A stretch of 64,000 bases of DNA, from NCBI GenBank assembly GCA_951406725.2, contig OX597815.1, positions 164,362,001 to 164,426,000 on the forward strand. Direction: 5' to 3'. Shown here in pieces: positions 1 to 13,190 of this stretch. Position numbers and translations under genes: made by a program. Every line of letters starts with the position of its first letter. Within the stretch, counting starts at the first letter, position 1. The DNA comes from Octopus vulgaris (lineage: Eukaryota). The notes below the pieces were generated by a model. It was not told the origin of the DNA and made no database searches. It saw only the letters and a program-made list of their open reading frames with translations.

Positions 1-355
<355 letters not shown>

Positions 356-765
356 CTGCTGCTGTTGATGATAATGGTGGTGGTGGTGGTGGTGGTGGTG
401 GCATCGTCATTGTTCTTTTGCGCTATTTCTATTGTTGAACAGGCATTCAAACCGTGGTCATGACCTTTTTATTTTTTTTTTCCGCAAAGCTGTTTATATA
501 ATTCACCTGTTGCGATGTTATTTCCCTCACCTTCATGATACAGCAGTGATTGATCTGAGGAGCAGCGACCTTTTTATTACTATTTACTAGACAAACAGTT
601 GCATACTGATCTGGCTTCTCTTCGTTTTCTTGTCTGCTTCTCTAGTTCAATGTTTCATGTGAAGACCTAGTATTGCAAGTTAACATAAAAACGCTATACT
701 GTCTCCGCTGCATTCAGCACTGAACTGCAGTAATTATAGGAAGATACTATCGTAAGTCAACACAA

Positions 766-807
<42 letters not shown>

Positions 808-1944
808 TGACTCTGTCACTTTTAATACTAGACTGCATCAATTCTACATTGTTGTTTATAGCCAGATGGACGGAAATGGCATGTGCTAAATATCTATTTC
901 TTTACTACCCACAAGGGGCTAAACACAGAGGGGACAAACAAGGACAGACAAACGGATTAAGTCGATTACATCGGCCCCAGTGCGTAACTGGTACTTAATT
1001 TATCGACCCCGAAAGGATGAACGGCAAAGTCGACCTCGGCGGAATTTGAACTCGGAACTTAACGACAGACGAAATACGGCTACGCATTTCGCCCAGCGTG
1101 CTAAAGTTTCTGCCAGCTCGCCGCCTTAGCATGCGCGAAATATCTTTAGTTATGTGTTATGCCTTCAGCTGGGCTCTATGCCATCCCTGCTTAACTATTA
1201 AATATTGAACTTTCTAACGGGTTCCATAACCAACCAGATACGGTTCTCTTGGAATTTACTTAAGATATGAGGGCAAACGGAAGTTAGCCTTAATTTGAGA
1301 GAGATCAATCTAATTATTCAAAAGTAAGTTAATATTTCATTACCAATGTTTATTTTCGCTTTGAAAACATAAATAAGACTGTATACGACGTTTTCTAACG
1401 GAATTGTTGTTGACACTGTCGGAAGTAATAACTCGAAAATAACGTAACAAAATTATTTCGGCAGGAAGACGAAGCTATACTAAGATAGATAACACTTGTT
1501 TCATCTTTTGAAAATTACGCAATGTTTATCCTCTTTTGTAAGTAGTTTTCTATTTCTGCTTCTGCCATTTTCTTTTCATCTTTTTTTTCAAAAGTCATTT
1601 TCTGTCCTATTATCTTCCATCTTCCTTTCTCTTTCTTTTTTGAACATAAATTATTTTTATATCTTTGAAGGAGTTTTTTGATGTTAGTTTTTTTTCTTTC
1701 TCGACGCTTCCTCTTTTAGTGTTATTGTGTCTAATTTTGACAAGTAGATATTCTATGATCGATACTGGAATATATTATTTCTCTTTTCTTTTCTTTCTTT
1801 CTTTCTTTTTTTTTTTCATTACACCAGAAAAGGCGTGTTCAGAAGCTGACGTCACTAAAATAAGTTTATATTTCTGAAGCTAAAATTGTCTTAGAGACCG
1901 TCCACTTTCTGTCAATGCCAGTAACCTTTGCTAACAATATTTCA

Positions 1945-2330
1945 GGCGCGGGAGTGGTTACGTGGTAAGTAGCTTGCTTAACAGCCACATGGTTCTGGGT
2001 TCAGTCCCACTGCGTGACACATTGGACAAGTGTCTTCTACTATAGTCTCGGGTCGACCAAAGCCTTGTGAGTGGATTTGGTAGGCGGAAACTGAAAGAAA
2101 CCCGTCGTATAAATGTATATATGTATGTGTCTGTGTTTATCCCCCAAACATCGCTTGATAACCGATGCTGGTGTGTTTACGTCCCCGTAACTTAGCGGTT
2201 CGGCAAAAGAGAACGATAGAATAAGTACTAGACTTACAAAGAATAAGTCCTGGGGTCGATTTGTTCGACTAAAGGCGGTGCTCCAGCATGGCCGTAGTCA
2301 AATGACTGAAGTAAGTAAAAGAATAAAGAA
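1945..2330 (+). mobile_element. tRNA-derived SINE family A (representative; others about 4235-4638+, 10040-10457+, 13795-14060+, 18335-18495-, 37240-37810+, 41680-42082-, 46495-46875-, 50700-51070-, 56730-57195-)
   Basis: A box GTGGCTGTGTGG, B box GGTTCAGTCCC, CORE-like CCTTGGGCAAGT, internal (TA/TG)n and a conserved 3' block. Highly repeated in the window. Confidence 0.9.
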
Positions 2331-3009
2331 TACAAAAGCATTAAGGCGGCGAGCTGGCTGAATCCTTAGTATGCCGGCCGAAATTCTTCGCAGTATTTCG
2401 TCAATGTCGTCTTTGCCTTTCATTCTTTGCTTTTCAAATTAAAGAATGCGACTACATTATTCGCAGCTACATTATTCGCCGTGAAATGCTCCAAGTTTTG
2501 TGAGTCAAATAGGTTAGTTATAGACCGAAAACGCACGGAAGCTTAACCTGTCTTGTGGTTAAAGGCTGCAGCTTTATCCTTGAGTGGAACCATTCTTTAG
2601 CGGAACCCATTCTGTTCCAAGCATTCAGAACAGGTCACTAGTCTAAGAATAGCTCATGAATCGTCGTTTCTTTCTCGTTTTCATCCATCAACGTTGAATG
2701 GTCAACAAAAAGGTTCTGCTGTAAAGAATTAATGCTTTGTTATAATCTGCCATAAGGAAAGTTTTCATACAATAGATAATAAACCATCCTGTAGTCGCTT
2801 CGATGAGTCCAAGCAAATGCTGTTTTACGCAGTACAATCTGCAAGTCATTTGTAGTTGTGAATTGGCTATTTTTGAGAAAATAAGATTTTGTTAAGAATG
2901 TCACAGAACTGTTGATGTCAGCGTATTTAGATTTAGTTGTGTTTTTGTCATACATAATTGGCATTGAAGCCATTTTGAAATGAAATGCAAAAATTTTTTT
3001 TTAGCCCTT

Positions 3010-3305
3010 TTCAAGCCTAGCCAGGCTCATGGGCCCGGTTTCCCGGTTTCTGTGGCGTATGTGTTCCCCCCAGCTGGACGGGACGCCAGTCCATCGCGAC
3101 GTTATTCAAGAAACAGGAAGAAAGAGTGAGAGAAAGTTGTGGCGAAAGAGTACAACAGGGATCGTCACCACCCCCTGCAGGAGTCTCGTGGAGCTTTAGG
3201 TGTTTTCTCTCAATAAACATACACAACGCCCGGTCAGGGAATCGAAACCGCGATCCTCTGACCGCGAGTCCGCTGCCCTAACCACTGGGCTATTGCGCCT
3301 CCACA
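3010..3305 (-). mobile_element. tRNA-derived SINE (copy also at about 15605-15880)
   Basis: Head GGAGGCGCAATAGCCCAGTGGTTAGGGCAGCGGACTCGCGG...GGTTTCGATTCCC followed by a non-tRNA body. Confidence 0.75.
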
Positions 3306-3653
3306 AAATTACTTTTACTTAATACATATTCCCAAAGTAATCGGTCAGGTACATCAACGCACAAACACAAACACAAACACACGCGCGCACACATGTATGT
3401 ATGCCTATATACTTTTGTTTCTTTATCTTTTACTTGTTTCAGTCATTTCCCTGCGGCTATACTGGAGCACCGCCTTGAAGAACATTAATCGAACGAATCG
3501 ATCCCAGTATTTTTTAGGGTTTTTTTTTTTTGTAAATCTTGGTACTTATTCTATCTGCTTTTTTTACGGAGCCGCTAAATTACAGGAACGTAAACACACC
3601 AACACCGGTTGTCAAGCGGAGATGGGGCACAAAGACACACACACATAAATATA

Positions 3654-3694
<41 letters not shown>

Positions 3695-5747
3695 GTGTGA
3701 GGAGGTGATGGACTCTCTCATCTTTAGACGTCGTATGAGGTCTCTGCAATTTGCTGCTGGACAACCACACATTTGACTTGTTTATACTGATCAAATGTTT
3801 GCGTTCACATAAGCTCACTCTCCCGATCCAATCGACATAACCTGCACAGGTGCACGACTTGCACATGTCAGACGACGAAAAGATAGCAGGGCAACGCGAA
3901 ATGAAGTGTTTTTCCCAAGAACACAACGCAATGCCCAGTCTAGGAATCGATCTTTCAGTTTCCGTCTACCAAATCCACATACAAACCTTTGGTAGACTCG
4001 AAGCTAAAGTGGAACACATTTGTCCAAGGTTCCGCACCGTGGGACTGAACCCGGAACCATATGCTTGTGAAGCAAAACTTCTTATCACACGAACTGTATT
4101 TGTATTTCTTTCAAAAACCACCAATGTCAAGGCATTTGAATTCAAAGTATACGACACACACAAGTGGGTGATACATGTGTATATGGTTATATGTTCGCAA
4201 ATATTTTCAGTCGTTAAATAAAAATATATATATTGGCTGTGTGGTAAGTAGCTTGCTTACGAACCACATGGTTCTGGGTTCAGTCCCACTGCGTGGCACC
4301 TTGGTCAAGTGTCTTCTACTATAGCTTCGGGCCGACCAAAGCCTTGTGAGTGGATTTGGTAAATGGAAACTGAAAGAAGCCCGTCGTATATATGTATATA
4401 TATATGTATGTGTGTGTATATGTTTGGGTGTCTGTGTTTGCCCCCCCCCCCCAACATCGCTTGACAACCGATGCTGGTGTGTTTACGTCCCCGTAACTTA
4501 GCGGTTCGGCAAAAGAGACAGATAGAATAAGTACTAGATTTACAAAGAATAAGTCCTGAGGTCGATTTTCTCGACTAAAGGCGATGCTCCAGCATGGCTA
4601 TAGTCAAATGACTGAAACAAGTAAAAGAGTAAAGAGTATTGAACTCCGAGGGACAAGTATAAATTCTTACGTTGAGGCAAGGGAATAACAGAGTCGCCCG
4701 GATCAATCTCAATACATTCCCTGAATTATTTGATAGTACTTATTTTGTCGACCCTGGATTCATGAAAGACAAAACCGGCGTCGCCGAGTGAAATTCATAA
4801 TATATAAAGATATAACTAAGTACCTTTAAGCTTTTAATGCGAAGCATTACTATCTCTCTTACACCGTCAGATCGTTTATCAACAGAATATAAGATTAAAA
4901 CGCAATTGTGTTTCATATTGTCTTTGAAAGATTTAATATTGTCACATTGGTATCAGACTTTATACTTGGAAGAAAATACTAGCACTCAACATAGCCTAAT
5001 ATTGGTGATTGATGTAAGAAACATATTATAAACCATTGTGGACGACGAAGAATTTACACCAGAAAACTAATTTGCGCAACAAATCTATCTTAACACTACG
5101 CTGTGTTCGAATATGCTTGGAGAGACATAAATATTAGGAAGATTATCCTGGAAATAAAATCAAGTTATAAAAATTACATTGATTCTCTCGGAAGAAAACA
5201 TAACAGAAATCATGATGAATGGCTCACTGAATACTTACAGGCTAAAGTGAACTTAATCCACTTTTTCCAAAGAGAATGACAAACTGCATCAGAGATTTGT
5301 GAAACTTCGACTATATTTCTCGAGAAAATGGAAACGTTAGATCCTTTGATATTTCACCATTTGCAACTTTGCAACACTTAAGAGAATTATCAACTCTCAA
5401 GGCTATCAATGAAAGAGATTGTTTTCAAGCCGAGTAGAAGAGAATGAGATTTTCTTTCCTTTCTTTCTTTTTTTTTTATGCTAGTCATATATAGAAATAT
5501 TCAGGAAACCGATGTATTCTTCCGTTAATTTTCAGTAAAACGACTTATGTTTACTTCTGTTTCACTAGAGCAAGAGTTGGTGACATTATTGTAACTTGCA
5601 GTTGCTAAAGAGGTGTATATTTCGAAGTTGAAAGTTACAATAAAAAAGAACATGGAAAGGTATTGGTTACAACCTCCTGTTGTTGTTATCACCAATATGT
5701 ATATACATATGTGTGTGTGTGTACATGTGTATATATGTATGTATATA

Positions 5748-5815
<68 letters not shown>

Positions 5816-5869
5816 GTTAAATGGATGTACTATTAAATTAGTATCCAATTTTCTCACCCTTATTAGTTG

Positions 5870-5909
<40 letters not shown>

Positions 5910-6099
5910 TTCAATAGGTGAATGAATTATCCTATGTTTATCGTCAGCATGGAAAATTCGTTGAACCGATACCAGGGTAGCAAATTCACGTCAGAAACAC
6001 GGTTAAAACTACCTGTTCAAGGGTAGAAACTCCGGGTTCATGTGGTGCAGAAATTTGTGTGTTATAAATGAATAAATGAAAGAATGGAGTCGAACGAAG

Positions 6100-6810
6100 A
6101 TGTTAACAAAATTCCTTTACTCTCGACATATGTTTCGAAGACAACATGGTTTCATTCCAAAGGAATAAAGGGTGCAAGATGCAATCTTCTCATCAGGAAA
6201 GAAAGGGAGCCTGTCTCGGCAACAAGACAAACAAAAATTCCGATGACCGCCTACATGGTAAACAAAACGATAAGTGTTTTTAAAAAAACCGATAGAAGAA
6301 TTGACGTCAAAGTTAGATAGTAGGAAGAGAAGGGTTAAAGGAATGATAGGTAGGGAACCAGTGGAAAGGGAAGGGTACGTTGATTAAGAATGTTCAAAGG
6401 TTTAGGAAAGAATTTCGCTATTGAAGTGGAGTGCACGTTAAGCTAATTGTTCAAACCACGATGCCTATCGTAATCATTTGTATGAGTAAAAAGTATGTTT
6501 CTGCCAGTTTATATTTATACGATTTCTCTATGAGTGTGTTTACAAGGGAAACCTTAGAGAAGAGGATATGGAAGAGCTCAGAGTTGCAAATGTTACAAAA
6601 TCTCCTGCCCTTATCAAAAGGAAAGGATACAGACAGTATGAACCAATCTAACTTGAAATCTATATTATTGTCTTTAAGACGCCAAACTAATTTACTTAGC
6701 CCTGTACTATGTCGTTTTTTACTATCCCTGAATGTTGAATAATGGTTTGAAATTCTCTTGGATAACTGGGAAGTGGACGCTCCTATATAGAAGAAGATAT
6801 TACTTTATAA
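6100..6810 (-). mobile_element. Penelope-like element 3' remnant (GIY-YIG endonuclease C-terminal part, 3' UTR and HHR)
   Basis: Minus frame from about 6804 to 6500 has no ATG, so it is absent from the ORF track: FFYIGASTSQLSKRISNHYSTFRDSKKRHSTGLSKLVWRLKDNNIDFKLDWFILSVSFPFDKGRRFCNICNSELFHIL. This gives YIG, R..H, T.LS..W.LK and CxxC..E motifs of PLE endonucleases. Confidence 0.85.
6114..6207 (-). ncRNA. Type I hammerhead ribozyme associated with Penelope-like element
   Basis: Minus strand reads CCUUUCUUUC-CUGAUGA-GAAGA...UCUUC-GAAAC-AUAU-GUC^-GAGAGUAAAGG: 10-bp stem I with one bulge and one G-U pair, G-C-closed stem II, palindromic stem III (ACAUAUGU). Confidence 0.85.
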
Positions 6811-7302
6811 CTTATAAAATTGTAATGGTAGGGTGAGTTATTTTGGGAAAAACTGAGAAGACTGCGAGAGTATTAGTGTGAGAGAAATAAGGTGGCTTAG
6901 GTAGAGTGACTGATATCAGGGAAGAGGAGAACAGATTTGTGTAAGTGACATATACAGAGTAGCAGTGGGATGGTAACGTTAATACAGCTGTACACATGCG
7001 CGCTTTCAATCAGTTTACAAAGCCAAGTTATAACAGACAAACGATAACTAATGCAAACAGTGCTTGTATGTGTGTGTGTGTGTGTATGTATGTATGTGTG
7101 TGTGTATGTATGTATGTATGTATGTATGTATGTATGTATGTATGTATGTTATACGCTGTCACCTTTAAGAAAAGGAATGATTTAGGTCAAAGGTTTAATC
7201 TATTAACATGTATATACGTACACTTATGACATTACGCACACGAATGGAAGTAACTTAATCCTACAACTATATTTGTGATTAAACCAAACTCATTCTTTTT
7301 TC

Positions 7303-7304
<2 letters not shown>

Positions 7305-7333
<29 letters not shown>

Positions 7334-7341
7334 TATATATA

Positions 7342-7403
<62 letters not shown>

Positions 7404-7419
7404 AGACAGACAGACAGAC

Positions 7420-7508
<89 letters not shown>
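7305..7508. repeat. Compound microsatellite (TATC)n(TA)n(CT)n(GACA)n(GATA)n, representative of dozens of microsatellites in the window
   Basis: Directly visible in the sequence. Confidence 0.95.
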
Positions 7509-7509
<1 letters not shown>

Positions 7510-7514
7510 ATCAG

Positions 7515-7825
7515 GGACAAAAATCATGGCCACTGGCTTGATGTTTCTTTAATTCATTTTCTACATATGTTTCAGTATTCTACAACACATGACGTCACAT
7601 TATAAATCCAGTTATTAGATATATCCCACAGGGCCAACATGAGAAGGAAATACATCGTCAGACAATTATCTGACGATGTACCTTTTTCAGTTGCCTGACG
7701 ATGTGTTCATGCTGACCCTATAAGGTGAATCTATCGTGCGACGTCGTGTGTTGCAGAATACCGAAACATATGTAACAGATGATTTAAAAGAGTTCCAAGT
7801 CAATGCCAAATTTTTGTTTTTGTCT
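7515..7825. repeat. Imperfect inverted repeat with hammerhead-like cores on both arms
   Basis: Centre TACATCGTCAGA-caatta-TCTGACGATGTA (7651-7680). Both arms read outward CTGACGA...GAATAC(C/T)-GAAACATATGTA. Stem I is not convincingly formed. Confidence 0.55.
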
Positions 7826-7959
7826 TTGTTTTTTTTTTCTTATTATTATTGCTGTGCTCTTTGCATTAGGTCATAGACCACCTTTGACTGCGGAGGACCC
7901 GTGTGCATATGCGACATTGGGTTTAGCATTAGAACGGAAACATGGCCTATGATTGACAG

Positions 7960-8940
7960 TTTATGGACGCTAATCCTTATTATTACCTTTCCCGATGCTG
8001 ACCGTCACCATTACGTTCCCCGATTTCTTATATATAATTGGCCCCAATTATATATATAATTGTCCTATCTATACCATTAATTTTCTCGAAGTTTAACGTA
8101 ACCTTACATTTTCCAGCGTTAATCCTTACAACTGCATTTCCCGGCAGTTATGTATACCAAAACCTTTCCCGGTGTACTTGTTACTATTACCTTTGCCGGC
8201 CTTAATCTTTGGTATTGCATTTCGTGGGGCTAATCGTTACCATTACATTTCACGACCCTACTCGTTACACTTATATTTCTTGACGTTAATCTTTACAATT
8301 CCATTTCACGACTCTATCTATATCATCAAATTTGTCGACGCTCATCGTTACCATTAACTTTCAAGACGCAACTCATTACTTTTGCCTTTCCCGACGCTAA
8401 TTGTTACCAATACCATTATATTAACCAACTCTAAACGTTACACTCAACTTTCCCGACGCTCATCTAAACCATTACCTTTCCCGTCGCTAAACGTTACGAT
8501 TTTCTTTCTTGAGGCTAATCCTTACATTTGATTTTACCGACACTTATCTATACGACTTATTTTCTCGACGCTGATTATGACCATTACATTTCCTGGCACT
8601 AATCATTACCATTACGTCTCCCCAAGCTAAATCTAACACATTTCCCGTCGCTTCATTGTATACCATTATTTATATTTCTTGAAGCTTATCGTTGCCATTA
8701 ACATTCAAGAATTTAATCAATGCAATTGCCTTTCCCGACGCTAATCGTTACCATTGCCTTTCTCGATGCTAAAGGTTATCATTACCTCTCCCGATGCTAA
8801 AGGTTACCACAATATTGCTCGACGCTAAATCCTACATTTGCATCTCCTGATTCTTTTCTATACTTTCAAATCTGACGCTAATCCTTACAATTGCATTTCT
8901 TGGCGCTACTCATTAAAAATGGCATTGCCGACGCTAATAC
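7960..8940. repeat. Degenerate 28-bp minisatellite
   Basis: Consensus about CCATTACCTTTCCCGACGCTAATCGTTA, clear for example at 8722-8810. Confidence 0.8.
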
Positions 8941-11900
8941 GTACGTACACTCGAGCGTGCGCACAAACGGCTACACATACATATATTTGTACAAGCCTAT
9001 GTATGTCATCTGTAGTCGTGTACGTACGTCCATACATTCGTCTAAATATACGCATATACATACAAGACTACGTACCTACATACATAGTTCAATATGTAGA
9101 AGCATACGTAAGTATACACAGGCGTACATACTTGCGTACATACGTACGTGCATATGTACATAGATACGAACTGTCATACGTGAGCCATAGGGGATCCGTT
9201 GACTGTGATCCATAGGTGGGGAAGAACCTACGCTGTGACTCATAGGTTGAGAGAGCTATAAGGAGTATATATACGCTGGGAAAAATATCTTACACTGTGA
9301 CGCATAGACTGCAAGGTTCCCTCGATTGTGACTCAGACCCGGGTATATTCTTTTCTGCTTTTCTGCTCTAGGCACAAGGCCCAAAATTTTGGGGGAGGGG
9401 GCCAGTCGATTACATCGACCCCAGTACGCAACTGGTGCTTAATTTATCGACCCCGAAAGGATGAAAGGCAAAGTCGACCTTGGCGGAATTTGAAATCAGA
9501 ACGTAAAGACAGACGAAATACCCATTTCTTTACTACCCACAAGGGGCTAAACTCAGAGAGGACAAACAAGGACAGACAAACGGATTAAGTCGATTATATC
9601 GACCCCAGTGCGTAACTGGTACTTATTTAATCGACCCCGAAAGGATGAAAGGCAAAGTCGACCTCGGCGGAATTTGAACTCAGAACGTAGCGGCAGGCGA
9701 AATACGGCTACGCATTTCGCCCAGCGTGCTAACGTTTCTGCCAGCTCGCCGCCTTTCAAACTCGGGTTTATCAAACTGAGACTCAACGGCTAGGATGACC
9801 CTAGATTCGTGACACAGAGTGGATAGGCCCTACACTGATTTATAGGATGAGTTGACCTAAGACTGACTCAGTGACTGAAGGCCCTTCGACTGTGACTAGT
9901 ATGTACAAGTATACTTAAATATGAGAGTAAATTTGCACTTACGAATTAGCATACTCATATCCGTACATTTATGAATACTTATGAGCAGACGTATATACGT
10001 ACAGTACATATATGCGTACAAATGTATGCACATATGCGCATAGGCGTAGAAGTGGCTGTGTGGTAAGTAGCTTGCTTACAAACCACATGGTTCCGGGTTC
10101 AGTCTCACTGCGTGGCACCTTGGGCAAGTGTCTTCTACTATAGCCTCGGGCCAACCAAAGCCTTGTGAGTGGATTTGGAAGACGGAAACTGAAAGAAGCC
10201 CGTCGTATATATGTATATGTATATCTATATATGTATGTGTGTGTATATGTTTGTGTGTCTATGTTTGTCCCCCCCTCCCACATCGCTTGACAACCGATGC
10301 TGGTATGTTTATGTCCCCGTAACTTAGCGGTTCGGCAAAAGAGACCGATAGAATAAGTATTAGACTTACAAAGAATAAATCCTGAGGTCGACTTGCTCGA
10401 CTAAAGGCGGTGCTCCAGCATGGCCACAGTCACATGACTGAAACAAGTAAAAGAGTATACCTATGTACGCACATATGTATGCACATAAATGCATTCGTGT
10501 GTGAATAAATGCATGCGTAGGTGTGTGAGTACGTACGCACGTAACTATGTGCGTGTACGTGACCGTACGTATGTTTGTACTTGTGTACGTACGTATGCAC
10601 AGAGATATGGATGTACGTATGCACACAAGTATGGATGTACGTATTTTGTCAGGCACGTGCCGTCGGTAATTACTCAGGGTAAGCAGTTGGTGACCTTTAT
10701 GTAGTAAAACATACAAAAAATAAGCGAAACACAGGCGCATGAATGAGTTGAAGGCAAATTTACTCCTGCCTTTATAGCACGTAAAGAAAACGTTGTTGTC
10801 GGAGTGTACGCAGCACGTGTACTGCAGCGTAGCTTAATACTAAGATTGAAAGGCAGGAGCTAATTATGCCTACCTAATCTACAAAAATAAAAATAAAATA
10901 TTTTGCATTTTACGCATAGTAATCAGCGTAACCTTCATAATTTTATTGAATTAGGTTCTTATTTTGCCATAAAAGGAAAATGTTGCTATCGATCTATTTT
11001 ACTCAAGGCAGGCACTACCTCCCTTGCCTACTTAGGCGGCACGTCCCTGGTATTTGCGTATATATGTGCGTACGTATGTCCATAATCAAGTACGTACGTA
11101 TTCGCTTACGTATGTGTATTCGCATACGCGTTCGAATGTCCGTATGTATTCGTATATTATGCACGTAAGAATAAGCGTACGTATGACGATATTAATCTTC
11201 GTTCATATGTATGTACGTATGCGAGGACATATGTGCGGACGAATTTGAATACGTACGTGTACACGTACGTGCATACCTGCGTGCGTACATAGTCACACAA
11301 CCGTACATAAGTACGTGCATACATCCGTCCATACATACATAAAAACATACATGCATAAGTACATCATACGCACGTCCATACCTACCACCATACATACGTC
11401 CATACGTACTTGCATAAATACATGCATACATACATGCATTCGTAATTGTATATTTACGTATCTATTACGATGCATACGTACTAGCATACATACATGCATA
11501 CGAACGTATGTATGCACGTGTATATGTAAAGTGCAGAGGTACAGATATGCACACATATGTGCATGCATACGCACGGCTACACATACGTATATGTATATTT
11601 GTACAAGCAAACGTGTGTCATACGTGGACAAGTACGTATATACGTAACTCATAGAGAGCCCTAGTCTATGACGCATAGGCTGTGAAGGAGCTCAGCTGTG
11701 AGTGATCGCTTTGGGGAGGAGGTCTAGACCGACTCATAGGCATAGGGACCTTAGACTGAAAAATATACTGGAGGGAAGGTCCTAGACTGTGATTATTAGG
11801 CTCGAATGACTCCAGCCTCTGATTTATACGTTGGGGGACGGTGTAAAAACTATGTCATGGGCTGTAGAAGGCTGTAACTGTACTTATGAGGGCATATATG

Positions 11901-13190
11901 CACATATATACATGAATATGTACTTACTTATATACACACGTACATACATCCGTCCATATATAAGATAGACGTACATCCAAACGTAGATACATACGTAAGT
12001 GCAAACAGCCTTATATACGAACGTAAAACCTACCTACAGACAAACATACATACATACATACATACATACATACATACATACATACATACATACATACATA
12101 CATACATACATACATACATACATACAAACATACATACATACGGTACGCGCATACGTAAGACGATACATATGTCAAAACAGGCATACGTCCATTCATTCAC
12201 ACGGACATACATACATGCATATGTACTTAAAGCGTACGTACATACATACGTGAATACGTAAGTACGCACGTATTTACGTACAGGTATACTTATAGCCATA
12301 CGCATACACATACGTACTCATAGAGAAACCGTTGTCTGTGACCCATAGGCTGGGGGAGTTGCCTTGACCGTGACTCATGGGGAGGGATAGGCTAGTATAT
12401 GACTCATAGAATGGAAAGGCCCTAGTTTATGAGTTGTATGCGCAAATGTATGGACATACATTAGTATGTACCTATGCGCTTACGTATACAAGTATCAATT
12501 TGCATACTTAAGTACTTAACGATGTGCCAAAATATGTGCATACATGTGTCTGTACGTCTGTAAATAAATATGTACGTCTGTGTGTATATATGTCCGTACG
12601 TATGAGCAACCCTATGGAGGTACGTATACACCTAGGTATGTGAGAATGTACGTACGTTCGTAACTCCGTGTATTTGCGCATGCCTGCGCATGAATGTATG
12701 AGCGTATATATGTGTGTACGTTGGTGCCAATATATATACTTACCTATTGAAAAACATATGTGCGTACGTATGTAGATTCGTATGTCAAAACGTATGCTTA
12801 TATGTATATGAATGCGTATATGCAAACATGTCAGTACAGACGTACGTCCGTGTACGCATGCGTGTGAGGATACGCACGTATGTAAGTGTGTATGCGAGGA
12901 CGTAAGCGCGTAAGTAAGCAGATACGTGCGTGCGTATTTCCATAGTTCCTTATGAATGAATGGACGTATGCATGTTTTGGTATATGTATCGCCTTACGTA
13001 TGCGCGTACCGTAAGTAGTTCGTGCGCACTTTCATACGTACGCGCATACGTAAGAGATAGACGCTTGCATACCTGCGTCCCCACACACCTTCTTTCACAC
13101 GCGCAAATGTACATTCATACATATGTCCATACGTAAATACAGACATATGTACACACGTACTCATACGTATAGACAGACATTAATATGTGT
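8940..13190. repeat. Cryptic alternating purine-pyrimidine (TACG/TATG/CATA) domain with interspersed ~30-bp repeat blocks
   Basis: Kilobase RY-alternating tracts. CTGTGACTCATAGG-containing units at about 9180-9340, 9780-9900, 11645-11890 and 12315-12435. Confidence 0.75.
10650..11049. mobile_element. hAT-like MITE
   Basis: TIRs CAGGCACGTGCCG...CGGCACGTCCCTG. Flanks GTATTTTGT and GTATTTGC resemble a degenerate 8-bp TSD. Confidence 0.65.

Noticed and set aside
3225-3303. tRNA-like sequence on the minus strand
   Set aside because: The acceptor stem does not close and it continues into a repeated SINE body, so it is a SINE head rather than a tRNA gene.
7960-8940. CRISPR-like periodic array
   Set aside because: Contiguous degenerate 28-bp units with no unique spacers and no cas genes, in a eukaryotic context.
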